Positions 43,178-56,590 of a stretch of DNA of 64,000 nucleotides are shown here, one piece after another; within the stretch, counting starts at the first letter, position 1; each line of letters opens with the position of its first letter. Under the pieces are notes generated by a model, which saw only the letters and a program-made list of their open reading frames with translations, was not told where the DNA came from and searched no databases. The DNA lies in contig OZ024741.1 in assembly GCA_964016885.1 (NCBI GenBank), positions 142,042,001-142,106,000 on the forward strand. Reading direction: 5' to 3'. Made by a program: the position numbers and the translations under genes. The stretch is from Eledone cirrhosa. Its lineage: Eukaryota.

Positions 43178-44174
43178 AGTTGTTTGATGGTCATTAAGTT
43201 TATGTCAATGAACGACTAATTCTCTCTCTCTCTTTCTTTTCGTATATATGTATGTATATATAGTGAACAATTTTTTGCATCTCTCTCTCTCTCTCTGTGC
43301 GCGTGTGTGGGCGTGTGCGCGTGTTGACAGTGTGTGTGCGTGTGCGTGATATGAATTTGGACATTTTCAAAGAAGAATCTCTCTTCTACATTCTTTCACA
43401 TAGGTAATGTCCGTGAAACATATACATACAAATAGGGTCCGAACACAGAGAAACCAAACTCCCACAGTCACTGTCACTGCCTTTGTCTCTCCCGCTCTCC
43501 CCATCTCTCACCACTAGGAGCAAATGGTGCACCACTCGCTGGCGGCCCCGGTGGACAGAATAGAGAAGGCGTTTTCCCGGAGGATGGTGAGGGAAACGTG
43601 CTGGGAGAACCATTCCATTTCGCGAGGCTCACATCTGCGAGTAGCCAACTCTGTGCCGATTTTGGTTTGTAGGGAGGTGGCCCTAGGGCCAAGGACATCA
43701 GAAGCCTCCACTATTCCTGGCAGTGAAAAGGGAATAAAGTTCCATTCAAATAAAAGGTTAAAAAGTAAAAGTAAAAAAGTTCAAACGTACAGTATATTTG
43801 GAGATTATTCCTCTCTTTAAACCGATTGATTGAATAATTTTATAATTGTTTCATTAAGTAGATTTAAATTTTGACAAATATTACCGGTTTCAATTGTTTC
43901 ATCAATCTTATCAAATATTGAAAAATTGTTCACTACATATACATACACATATATAAAGAATGAGAGAGAGAGAGAGATAGAGAAAGAGGAGGAGAGAGGG
44001 TGAGGGACAGATAGGGGGGGGAGAGAGAGAGAGAGAGAGAGAGAGTGTCATTCACTGTTATAAATATAATTGTTTCTACTTTAGGCACAAAGCCAGCAAT
44101 AACCCAGTGCATTACTGGTACTTTATTTTTATCGACCCCGTAAGGCAAAGTCAACCTCGAAACTTCAAATAACT

Positions 44175-44286
44175 GCCACTGTGGCACAATCGGTTATCGT
44201 GCCGTACTTATAGACAGTAACTTCCTTATATTAATCACGTGACGGGAGATAAGCGGAGGTTGTGAGTTGGAGCCTCACCCGAGGCA
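44175..44286 (+). pseudogene. tRNA-Ile(TAT) pseudogene
   Basis: Duplicate of 22399-22510. Confidence 0.8.
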
Positions 44287-44572
44287 GATATGTTTTCTTT
44301 TTTTTTCATTTAAGCAGTCATCTATATTAGATATTTATCAAATTTCCTGATTTCATCCATCTTGTAAAGTTGAATATTTATTACTTATGTATAATTTGTG
44401 TTTTACACAACAGTTGTTTATTTTGTTGCGAATAGAAACATGTGCAAAAGAATTTGGTCCACTAAACACACAGATGCAAAAAATTGTTCACTCTATATAC
44501 ATACATATATTCGAAAAGAGAGAGAGAAAAATAGTCGTTCATTGACATAAATTTAATAACCACCAAACAGCT

Positions 44573-44684
44573 TCCCCGGTGGCACAATCGGTTATCTCGC
44601 CGTACTTAAAGATAGTGCCTTCCTTGTGTTAATCACAAGATAGGAGATATGCGGAGGTTGTTAATTCGAACCTCACCCAGGGCA
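44573..44684 (+). pseudogene. tRNA-Ile-derived pseudogene, anticodon TAA
   Basis: Duplicate of 22797-22908. Confidence 0.8.
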
Positions 44685-45630
44685 GATCATTTTTTCATTT
44701 AAGCAGTCATTTATATTAGTTACTAGACTACCCGTGGCCCGTTGGATCAAGTTCACTTCAAAATATAAAAAAAAAAATAATGTTCACTTAAAAATGATTT
44801 TTAAATAATTAAAATATACACTGACATGTATATAATGTGGAATGAAACTGGAATGTGTGTTTGTATATATATAAATGTGTGCGTTTGTATACATATATAT
44901 ATACATATGTCGGTGTCTGGGATCTATATACACTGTTCATAGACACACACACACACGCATACACATACATATATATACACAAACACTCACCTATATATAT
45001 TCACAACACCATCAGCTCTCTCTCTTCTATTCTCCTTCTCTGTCTCCTCTCCCTCTCTCTATTTCTCTATTTCAATCTACTCTCTCACAACCACTATCTC
45101 TTTCTCTCTATCATTTTCTCTCCCTCTGTTTATGAAGGTACAAAGAAAAACCCCATATCTCGGGAAGCCGTGCCCCGATTTACGCGAAACTTGTTTTATT
45201 CCATTTGTATTACCATTTCACGGGCAATTTTCTTTCAAAGTATTTTTCCTTTATGTGCCGTTTTGGCTGTATTAAATTACAGACAAGCACACAATCACAG
45301 AGTTTTAGTAGTATACTAGACCCCCCGTGACACGTTGGGTCATGTTCACTTAAAACTATTAAAAAAAAATCAATGTTCACATAAAAATAATCACACAATA
45401 AGCTCATAATCAGAGTTTTAGAAGCATATAGATAGATAGATATTTCTTTTGTGGAGCAAGAGACTCCTTGTCTTCATTATGACATCTTTCTAGAATGTCA
45501 CTATGATATAAAACCTGTGATTTCGATTGCATCCAATGATGTAGATCAGTTCTTCCTTTTTTGGTAAATGCATTCGATGTTCAGAGGATGGGATTGGCTC
45601 CATGCAAAGCCTTTCCCCACTTAAAAAAGA

Positions 45631-45704
<74 letters not shown>

Positions 45705-47122
45705 TTTAGGCCTCCATCACTAATGACCATGGTTTGCACCCAAAAATTTTCCCTCCGAGGCACAGACTGGGCAAGGTTTGTTTGTGGAAGATCAGCAGTC
45801 GCTCATGCATACCAGTCTCCCCTCTCCACGCCGCCGATGTTGTCCAAGGGAAAGGCAATGGCCGATACAGCTTGGCACAAGTGAGGTTGCAATTCATTTC
45901 TACAGCTGAGTGAACTGAGTGAACGTGAAATAAAGTGTCTTGCTCAGGGAATAACGTATCACCCGATCCGAGAATCGAACTCACAACCTCTCAATTGCAA
46001 GCTCAACACTCTAACCACTAAGCCATGCGCATTCAATATATGGAATCGTGAAGAAATTTTTCGCATGGTTTTTTTCAAGTTTTCAACTAATCCGTCCTCC
46101 AACATGCTTGCAATCGCCTTCTTTTCCGAAAACAGAATGGGGGGAGGTGCGAGAGGGAGAACTTTCAGATTTCCCCAGCTGTGGAGATTGCTTCAGTTCG
46201 AATAACAGAAGCGGGAAGGGAGGTGGGGATACTCAGATTCACAGAGAAGCACTTCTCAGCCGTTTAAATTTATAGAAAAGGACTCCCTTGATACTGTAGG
46301 ATGTTTGATTCTTCGTCATTTTGTCATGTTGTGGAAAGCGTTGTAAGCTTAATTAATTGTTTCCTAATTTATAAATCCACCATTCCAATGAGGAGTGGCT
46401 GTGTGAAAGAGCAATCCTTGTCCTCCAAAACATCACAGTGAATGCCATCAATAAAATCGCTCACACGTGATCCCTGGAGGTAGCCAGACCTATAAATCTA
46501 TCGACAATATTTTATCATTTTCCTAGGATACATTTTTCTATTATTTTCTTTATTACTTTCTGTATGAAGATATTCTGAATATTTAAAAATAAATTATGTT
46601 ATGCAATATTTAAATACCTTTTAACGCCTTTTATTCCAAGGAAAATGGACATTAAGACAGTTGACAATGTGCCTTATAAATAGATCTGAGCACAGTACAG
46701 ACCGGGGCGAAATTCGGGAGGCCGCTAGTATATATATATATATATGTAATTATAATAATAATAATAATTATTATTATTATTATGTAATAAACAACACAAT
46801 ACAATTATTCCATTTACCAAAGGTTTCACGAAGACAGGCGACCTGAAGAGAGGTGTCCGAAGTCGTTCATCAGAAAGGACAATTTAATATGGATGTGAGA
46901 TATGGAATTAAAAACAAAAGCTATTACAATTGAAAACGAAGCTGAAATAAGATTAAAAAATAATAAAATAATAAAATAAAATAAAATAACGGGAAAAAAA
47001 AAATATATACACACACAGAGGCAGGACATAAGGTTAGGGGGTAAAAATATTTACACACATATATAGCTCTGTACCTTACATAGAGCACTCTTCCTTCCTT
47101 TACCTTTTCTACGGAAACACGA

Positions 47123-47161
<39 letters not shown>

Positions 47162-47256
47162 CATAGAGAGAGAGAGAAAGAGAGAGGGGGAGGAGGGAGA
47201 GATATGCACAGACAACTCGATTAGTTCTTGCTATATGGCAGCTACAACTTCGATTC

Positions 47257-47336
<80 letters not shown>

Positions 47337-47569
47337 AAAGAATAGAAGTGTAACACACAAGTTATTATATATTGGTAAACGGAATAGAAAATGCTGACAA
47401 ATTGTTCACAGTTGAAAAATGGTTTAATTAGGAATAAAAGAGTATTAGTGATTGTATGGGTTAGTATTCAGTTGTGGTTTTAAGTTTTTAAGTTTTTACC
47501 GGTTGCGCATTTCTAGATGCTTTTCAAAAATAATTTTGAGATAGAGTGTCCGTGTTGTTTGCTCAGATC

Positions 47570-48873
47570 AGACTCTCCCATCATGGTACCAGAGCCACAC
47601 GGCACCAGATGTCGTGCAAATTATCCTGGCATGGTATGGTCAAGCACATTGGGAATGGATAAAAGCCTGTCACCCCTGCCAACAAACCAAAATCCATTAG
47701 CATACCAAAGCACCTCTCAGCAGCTATGAACTTCCATAGGCCCATTTTGGCTATATCAACTTCACCTCGTTGGCCCCATACCAACTTTGTTGGGTTGCTC
47801 ATGCCTACTGATCATTGTGGGCCGCTTCACTCGTTGGCCTGAGGCCGTACATCTCCGCAGCATGGAATCACAAGAAATCACCCGCGCCTTCGTTACAAGC
47901 CGGGTCGCTCGTTTCGGTCTCTCAGATAGCATCTTATCCGACCGCGGATCTCAATTAACCTCGAATGAGATGTGTGAGCTTTTTGGCATCAACACGAAAC
48001 ACAAAACAGCCTATCATTCCCAGGCCACTGGCTTAGGGTAGAGATCTCACTGCTTCTTAAGGAAATCCTTCATCACTAGACTTAATGGGTCTAACTGTAT
48101 CAACCAGCTTCCATAGGGAATGTTGGGAATCCGCACTGCCCCAAAGGAAGACCCAAATACTTCTTCTGCAGAAATAGTTTACGGCGCTCTGCTCACTGTA
48201 CAGGAAGAATTCAGTCCAAACACGAAGTCAGACCAAAAAGTATCTTGAACAGCTGGGAGACAACATGGGCCAATTACACCCTACTCCCACGTCAACGCAC
48301 GGTAAACCAAGGTCCTCTGTACCGAATCACCTCTAAAAGGCGAAGTTTGTTTTCATTCGTCGCGATGCACGGTGAAAACACCTTCAGCCACCCTATGATG
48401 GACCATACGAGGTGATTCTACCAGGAGACAAGTCATTTTAACTCTGGTTGGAGGACGAGAGGACACGGTTTCCATCGATAGATAGAAACCAGCCCATCCT
48501 GACATTGGCAGTCCCGTTCAAGTAGCTCAACTACAAAACAAAGGGCGTCCTAGTCAAGTCACTCCGATCCCTGACGACGAACAGTCGCCAAAGAGCCAAC
48601 TGCACGCACGGATCGGGTGGTAAAAACACCTTATCGGTTTTAATGACAATCAACAGTTCTGAGGGGGTGGGGAGGCTATGTAGAGCATTAACCACGAGCT
48701 TGTAAAAGACGAAGTTGTTATTGAACTGGTCAGGAGAAAACAGACTTCCAGTGAGGCGGGTAACAAGACCTGAACTTTAGGAATAGATTACTCATTCTTA
48801 CGTTTGCCAATGCTTGTCACCCAACAGTTCAACAAATCGCAGTTTGTTTTTATTTTGCATTTAGTTAACTACA
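47570..48873 (+). mobile_element. Ty3/gypsy integrase plus 3' LTR, 5'-deleted duplicate
   Basis: Fused to the fold-back centre (gctcagatcaga|ctctcccatc); LTR 48679-48873. Confidence 0.85.
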
Positions 48874-49059
48874 CGAGGCAATGTTATTTTAGTTATTTAA
48901 TAATAGTTCATTGATTATTTTTACGACTATCAAATTGTTCTCACCATTTATAGGATAAAATGTATCTTTGTGTTTAGATTTCGATTTCCAGTTATACTTA
49001 GTTGATTTTCTATTTCTATATCCCGTACGTTACAACACCACACCCACAACTGCATACAT

Positions 49060-49545
49060 TTCTTCTTCTTCTTCTTCTTCTTCTTCTTCTTCTTCTTCTT
49101 CTTCTTCTTCTTCTTCTTCTTCTTCTTCTTCTTCTTCTTCTTCTTCTTCTTCTTCTTCTTCTTCTTCTTCTTCTTCTTCTTCTTCTTCTTCTTCCAGGGG
49201 GTCCTATCAGAAGCAACCATCTCCAAGTGATCCCCAAGCGAGATCAGCCAAGCTCACGGATGTTATCCATCTTGCTCGGAGTCTACCCCTGGGTCGCCTG
49301 CCAGTTGGTTTTGCCTGTAAAATCTGACCAGCGATTCTTTCCTGAGACATTCTAACCACATGCCTATAGTATCGGAGCTGTGATCTCTCAATTCGGAGAA
49401 ATAGCGGCTCTACCTGGAGTGATTCTCTGATCTCCGAGTTACGCACTTTATCGAGTACCGTTACACCATAGACTCTTCGGAGGAATCCCATTTCGGTAGC
49501 TTGTATTCGCGATTGTATTTTTTCGGTCATTATCCATAACTGCAT
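49060..49545 (-). mobile_element. RTE-clade LINE 3' fragment, duplicate
   Basis: Same frame with a longer (GAA)n tail. Confidence 0.85.
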
Positions 49546-51865
49546 ACACTCATACGTTCATCCTTTCACTAATCACCACACAGCTCCGTCACCAAATGAT
49601 ACATTGCTTTATACAGACACCTCACATCTATCACATTATCTATCCACCCATTCACTCAACACTACATCCATCCACACATCATTTCACATACCATCCCATC
49701 ACTTTATCCCCCTTTTACATCCTTTTACTTAGTCCCCATCTCTTTATTCATATACCACCACTTCAACCACTTACCCATCAGTTCATCCACATTGCCAATT
49801 CTCTCTTAAATCACAACCGTCTGTATTGAGAAAGAAAGTATGTATTGTATAATGAAGTCCTAGATATAATATAGTTTAGAAAAATAAGTGTTTCATCTTG
49901 TGTGCTAACCTGGGCCTAAACAACAATATAAATAAAATAGTAAGTCAGAAATGTTTTCGATTTGAAATTAAAACTGCGTCGATATTTCCAGAATTTACAT
50001 TCTGCGTGTTCCAGTTGTTCGAACTACGGAACAACCTGTTTGTGAAATTAGCGTGCAAGTGGCTGAACATTCCACTGACACGTGGTTCTTGTGGAGATTC
50101 TGCAGGTTCTTTTGAATTACAAGTACAACTCATTTTTGCTAGCCGATTGGACTGGAGCAGGGTGAAATAAGATTTCTTGCGTCAGCAGGACTGGAATTTA
50201 CGACCTTATCTGTCAGCTGAACCCCTAACAACTAAGCCACGTGCCTTCACTTTCCATTCTACATCACACCACGTTCTCTACCACTTAAGTAGTAAAATCG
50301 TTTAGTCCGCCATATCTTAGACATTTTATATATACTTTTTACGTATATTAGCAAGTTCGGAGGTTGTGTCTTCGAGCCTCACCTAGGGCAGTAGTATTTT
50401 CCTTTTTCTTTTTCTTTAATGTTAGTAAATATAGTTAATAGATTATTAATATGGTAATCAGTTTTATTTCACAATTTATAGAATGAGATATATCCGTGTG
50501 TTTAGGTTTCGATTTCTACTTGTACTGATTTCACTTGACTCACAACACACGGGTATCTAATATCTCTTCTATCATGGCTTCTCATCAACTCATCAACCAG
50601 GGACCTCGTTTGCCTTAGAAATGTGAGGGGGACAAACTAACATGAATCTTAACGGAGCATGTTAGTATTGCTAATGGTGCCTTTCCCGGACTCTATCACA
50701 TAAGTAAAATTTTACGCCGCTAATTAAATTTTATATATTCAAATGAATTTCAGATATAAAAAGATAAGCTTAAACAGAATTTATTATATCAAATAAATAA
50801 GGGCGGTGGGTTGGCAGTATCAGTAGAGGGTCGGACGCCATGCTTTGACGCAAAGAGTTACGTCCCTTCATGAGGTTAAATCCCGCCGAGGTTAACTTTG
50901 CCTTTCATCCTTACGGGATCGATAAAATAAAGTACCAGTAATGTACTGTTATTTGGTGGCTTTGTGCCAAAAGTAGAAACAATTATATCAAATAAACAAA
51001 AAATAAAATATAGACGTTTGAAAAAGTAGTGGTGGTGGTGGTGGTGGACTTGTGTCCTGGTAACCCCCCCCCCCCCCCCCGAAACAAGGCCCTTGTCATC
51101 AACCCACACTTTTATCCGCGCATGATATATTAGTTATCACATTCAGTTCACGATCGAAATGTTGTGAGTTCGATTCCTGGACGGGGCGGTACGTTGTGTC
51201 CTTCAGCATGGCGCTTTTATTTCACATTGCTACATTCCACTCAGCTGGCAAAAACGAAACGTACCTGTAGTTCACATTGTGCCCTCCTGATTTTCTTTGA
51301 GAACTACGTTAAAGGTGTACGTGTCTGTGGTATGCTCAGTCACGTGAACGTTAATTTCACGAGTAGGCAGTTCCGTTAATTGAATCGGAAACGACGGAGG
51401 TCCCACAACAACAAACACAATCCTTTTATCAAATCACTAATCACTTACCCACCCAGCATATCACTTTATCCATCCTCTAAACAATTTACCCACCCGACTA
51501 AACGTCACCTTACCCACCGTCTAAATATCAGTTTACCCTCCTCTATAATCATTACTTTACCCTTTCCCTGTCGGCTAGAACACGCAATAGCGTAATAATT
51601 GTTTCTACTTTTGGCACAAGGCCAGCAATTATCCCAGTACATTACTGTTGCTTTATTTTATCGACCCCGTAAGGACGAATGGCAAAGTTAACCTCGGCGG
51701 GATTTGAACTCAGACCATAAAGGGACATAACTCTTTGCTGCAAAGCATGGCGTCAGACCCTCTATCGATACTGCCAATCCTAATGTAATATATACATATA
51801 TATATAAAGAAAGAGAGAGAGAATTAGTCGTTCATTGACATAAATTTAATAATTATCCAACAGCT

Positions 51866-51977
51866 GCCCCGGTGGCACAATCGGTTAGCGCGCCGTACTT
51901 ATAGACAGTACCTTCCTTGTGTTTATCACAAGACGGGAGTTATGCGGAGGTTGTGAGTTCGACCCTCACCCAGGGCA
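51866..51977 (+). tRNA. tRNA-Ile(TAT) with intron
   Basis: Same sequence as the 16445 and 31134 copies. Confidence 0.85.
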
Positions 51978-52676
51978 GAATTTTTTTTCTTTTCGTTTAA
52001 ACAGCCATCAATATTAGTTATTTATCAAATTTCGTAGTTGCATCCATCTTGAAAAGTTGAATATTTACATATGTCTTACATATGTATAATTAGTATTTGT
52101 CTTTGACACATTGGTTGTTTATTTGTGGGTTGCAAATAAAAACATAAACTGGGTTAGTATGTCGTTTTTTGTATGTAAATTTCATAAATATTATATCTTA
52201 TGGATGGTAAAATCTTTATATATTTGTATTCATTATTAGATAGCTGTTCATTATCTTAAATATTACGAGCAGCCGGCAGAAATGTTTTTGTATTGATTTA
52301 GAACTATCCATATAATGAGTTCTTAAATTGGCACAAAGCCAGAAATATCGATTATAGCAAGTTCAATTTTTTTTACTGGTATTTCATTATATCAATCCAT
52401 TGAGCTAAACAACGCCTGACAACAATCACCGTATAAATTAGAAACTAGATCGAACAGATCTCAATGTAACAACATCGTACGCAAAGTTGTTATGAGGTTC
52501 ATAGAAAATGTAGGAAAACTCAGACGCAGTAAATGTCTGTAGAGATATGAGTATTGATTCTTCGTAGCGACCGCCAAACACTTTTTTCTTCTATAAGGGG
52601 GTCTTTACCCGATTTTCTAAGCTATTTGTAGCCACCAACTGTATTTACAGTTGTTTTCTACATCTAAGATTCCTAC

Positions 52677-53699
<1,023 letters not shown>

Positions 53700-53822
53700 G
53701 AATATAGACATAGAATATTCGAAAATATTCTGTATGTTTATAATAAACATTTTGAAGACCTAATCGCTATAGAATAGAATACGTCACGTATTACAATTAG
53801 ATTCTCGATAAAAGCAAGGGAA

Positions 53823-53865
53823 GTAATCTACGCGTTTCATTCTCGTTAGAAATCATCAGGACTAC
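53823..53865 (-). ncRNA. Minimal type I hammerhead ribozyme
   Basis: GTAGTC CTGATGA T TTCT AACG AGAA T GAAA CGCG TA GATTAC. Confidence 0.8.
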
Positions 53866-54132
53866 ATATCCAGTGCTTTTATCGAGAATGACACAGCTAG
53901 AGACTTATAGAATACTTAGCTGTGTACAGGAACTGGTTTGAAAGAGCGGTTGCCGGTCCGGCAGAAATTAGAAATTGGAATAAATGCTCTGAAATAGCGA
54001 TATATATGTGAATATAGACATAGAATATTCGAAAATATTCTGTATGTTTATAATAAACATTTTGAAGACCTAATCGCTATAGAATAGAATACGTCACGTA
54101 TTACAATTAGATTCTCGATAAAAGCAAGGGAA

Positions 54133-54175
54133 GTAATCTACGCGTTTCATTCTCGTTAGAAATCATCAGGACTAC
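54133..54175 (-). ncRNA. Minimal type I hammerhead ribozyme
   Basis: Same motif, unit 2. Confidence 0.8.
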
Positions 54176-54442
54176 ATATCCAGTGCTTTTATCGAGAATG
54201 ACACAGCTAGAGACTTATAGAATACTTAGCTGTGTACAGGAACTGGTTTGAAAGAGCGGTTGCCGGTCCGGCAGAAATTAGAAATTGGAATAAATGCTCT
54301 GAAATAGCGATATATATGTGAATATAGACATAGAATATTCGAAAATATTCTGTATGTTTATAATAAACATTTTGAAGACCTAATCGCTATAGAATAGAAT
54401 ACGTCACGTATTACAATTAGATTCTCGATAAAAGCAAGGGAA

Positions 54443-54485
54443 GTAATCTACGCGTTTCATTCTCGTTAGAAATCATCAGGACTAC
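54443..54485 (-). ncRNA. Minimal type I hammerhead ribozyme
   Basis: Same motif, unit 3. Confidence 0.8.
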
Positions 54486-54752
54486 ATATCCAGTGCTTTT
54501 ATCGAGAATGACACAGCTAGAGACTTATAGAATACTTAGCTGTGTACAGGAACTGGTTTGAAAGAGCGGTTGCCGGTCCGGCAGAAATTAGAAATTGGAA
54601 TAAATGCTCTGAAATAGCGATATATATGTGAATATAGACATAGAATATTCGAAAATATTCTGTATGTTTATAATAAACATTTTGAAGACCTAATCGCTAT
54701 AGAATAGAATACGTCACGTATTACAATTAGATTCTCGATAAAAGCAAGGGAA

Positions 54753-54795
54753 GTAATCTACGCGTTTCATTCTCGTTAGAAATCATCAGGACTAC
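54753..54795 (-). ncRNA. Minimal type I hammerhead ribozyme
   Basis: Same motif, unit 4. Confidence 0.8.
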
Positions 54796-55108
54796 ATATC
54801 CAGTGCTTTTATCGAGAATGACACAGCTAGAGACTTATAGAATACTTAGCTGTGTACAGGAACTGGTTTGAAAGAGCGGTTGCCGGTCCGGCAGAAATTA
54901 GAAATTGGAATAAATGCTCTGAAATAGCGATATATATGTGAATATAGACATAGAATATTCGAAAATATTCTGTATGTTTATAATAAACATTTTGAAGACC
55001 TAATCGCTATAGAATAGAATACGTCACGTATTACAATTAGATTCTCGATAAAAGCAAGGGAAGTAATCTACGCGTTTCATTCTCGTTCTCGATAAAAGCA
55101 CTGGATAT

Positions 55109-55151
55109 GTAGTCCTGATGATTTCTAACGAGAATGAAACGCGTAGATTAC
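55109..55151 (+). ncRNA. Minimal type I hammerhead ribozyme
   Basis: Same motif in the inverted block; predicted cleavage after GUA at 55145. Confidence 0.8.
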
Positions 55152-55418
55152 TTCCCTTGCTTTTATCGAGAATCTAATTGTAATACGTGACGTATTCTAT
55201 TCTATAGCGATTAGGTCTTCAAAATGTTTATTATAAACATACAGAATATTTTCGAATATTCTATGTCTATATTCACATATATATCGCTATTTCAGAGCAT
55301 TTATTCCAATTTCTAATTTCTGCCGGACCGGCAACCGCTCTTTCAAACCAGTTCCTGTACACAGCTAAGTATTCTATAAGTCTCTAGCTGTGTCATTCTC
55401 GATAAAAGCACTGGATAT

Positions 55419-55461
55419 GTAGTCCTGATGATTTCTAACGAGAATGAAACGCGTAGATTAC
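55419..55461 (+). ncRNA. Minimal type I hammerhead ribozyme
   Basis: Same motif, +310. Confidence 0.8.
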
Positions 55462-55728
55462 TTCCCTTGCTTTTATCGAGAATCTAATTGTAATACGTGA
55501 CGTATTCTATTCTATAGCGATTAGGTCTTCAAAATGTTTATTATAAACATACAGAATATTTTCGAATATTCTATGTCTATATTCACATATATATCGCTAT
55601 TTCAGAGCATTTATTCCAATTTCTAATTTCTGCCGGACCGGCAACCGCTCTTTCAAACCAGTTCCTGTACACAGCTAAGTATTCTATAAGTCTCTAGCTG
55701 TGTCATTCTCGATAAAAGCACTGGATAT

Positions 55729-55771
55729 GTAGTCCTGATGATTTCTAACGAGAATGAAACGCGTAGATTAC
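55729..55771 (+). ncRNA. Minimal type I hammerhead ribozyme
   Basis: Same motif, +620. Confidence 0.8.
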
Positions 55772-55924
55772 TTCCCTTGCTTTTATCGAGAATCTAATTG
55801 TAATACGTGACGTATTCTATTCTATAGCGATTAGGTCTTCAAAATGTTTATTATAAACATACAGAATATTTTCGAATATTCTATGTCTATATTCACATAT
55901 ATATCGCTATTTCAGAGCATTTAT

Positions 55925-56001
<77 letters not shown>

Positions 56002-56012
56002 CATATATATAC

Positions 56013-56045
<33 letters not shown>

Positions 56046-56303
56046 CATATATATAAGTATGTATACGTACATACATATATTATACAGACGTACAGTAGTA
56101 TGTATATATATACATACATGCACACATATATATGTACGTATGGATTTACCAAGCACTTATTATAATGTTGGTTTGTTTGTAAACAAACATCCCGAATTAA
56201 GCCGTACAGTGTTTAGCAACTATCGTTGCCCTTTTGTCCAACACTGACAGTTAAGTAACAGCCGTACTAAGAGTGAGAAATGAAATTTCGTTTCATTTTT
56301 TCC

Positions 56304-56361
<58 letters not shown>

Positions 56362-56590
56362 GATAGATAGATATATTTCTTTATTTACCATAAAGGCATA
56401 AAAAGAAGGGACAAATACAAAGGGGGAGTTTACATACAATCGAGTAAAAAGGGTATAAAATGAAAATAATCGAAAACAACCTCAAAAGGGAGGGGACGTG
56501 ATGGGGGTTGCACACACCCCCGAAAAAGTGTGCAATCCTTTGCCCGGGGAGCACATGGAGAAGGTGCTCCCCTCTCCTTCACTTCTTTAC

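Larger units (their letters stand above)
53701..55930. mobile_element. Retrozyme-like 310-bp tandem array with hammerhead ribozymes (4.5 units plus 2.7 inverted units)
   Basis: Units start at 53701, 54011, 54321, 54631 and 54941; inversion at about 55086; (TA)n flanks; one hammerhead motif per unit. Confidence 0.85.

Noticed and set aside
53701-55930. CRISPR array or plain satellite
   Set aside because: Units are identical with no variable spacers and no cas genes; the hammerhead and inversion fit a retrozyme better.
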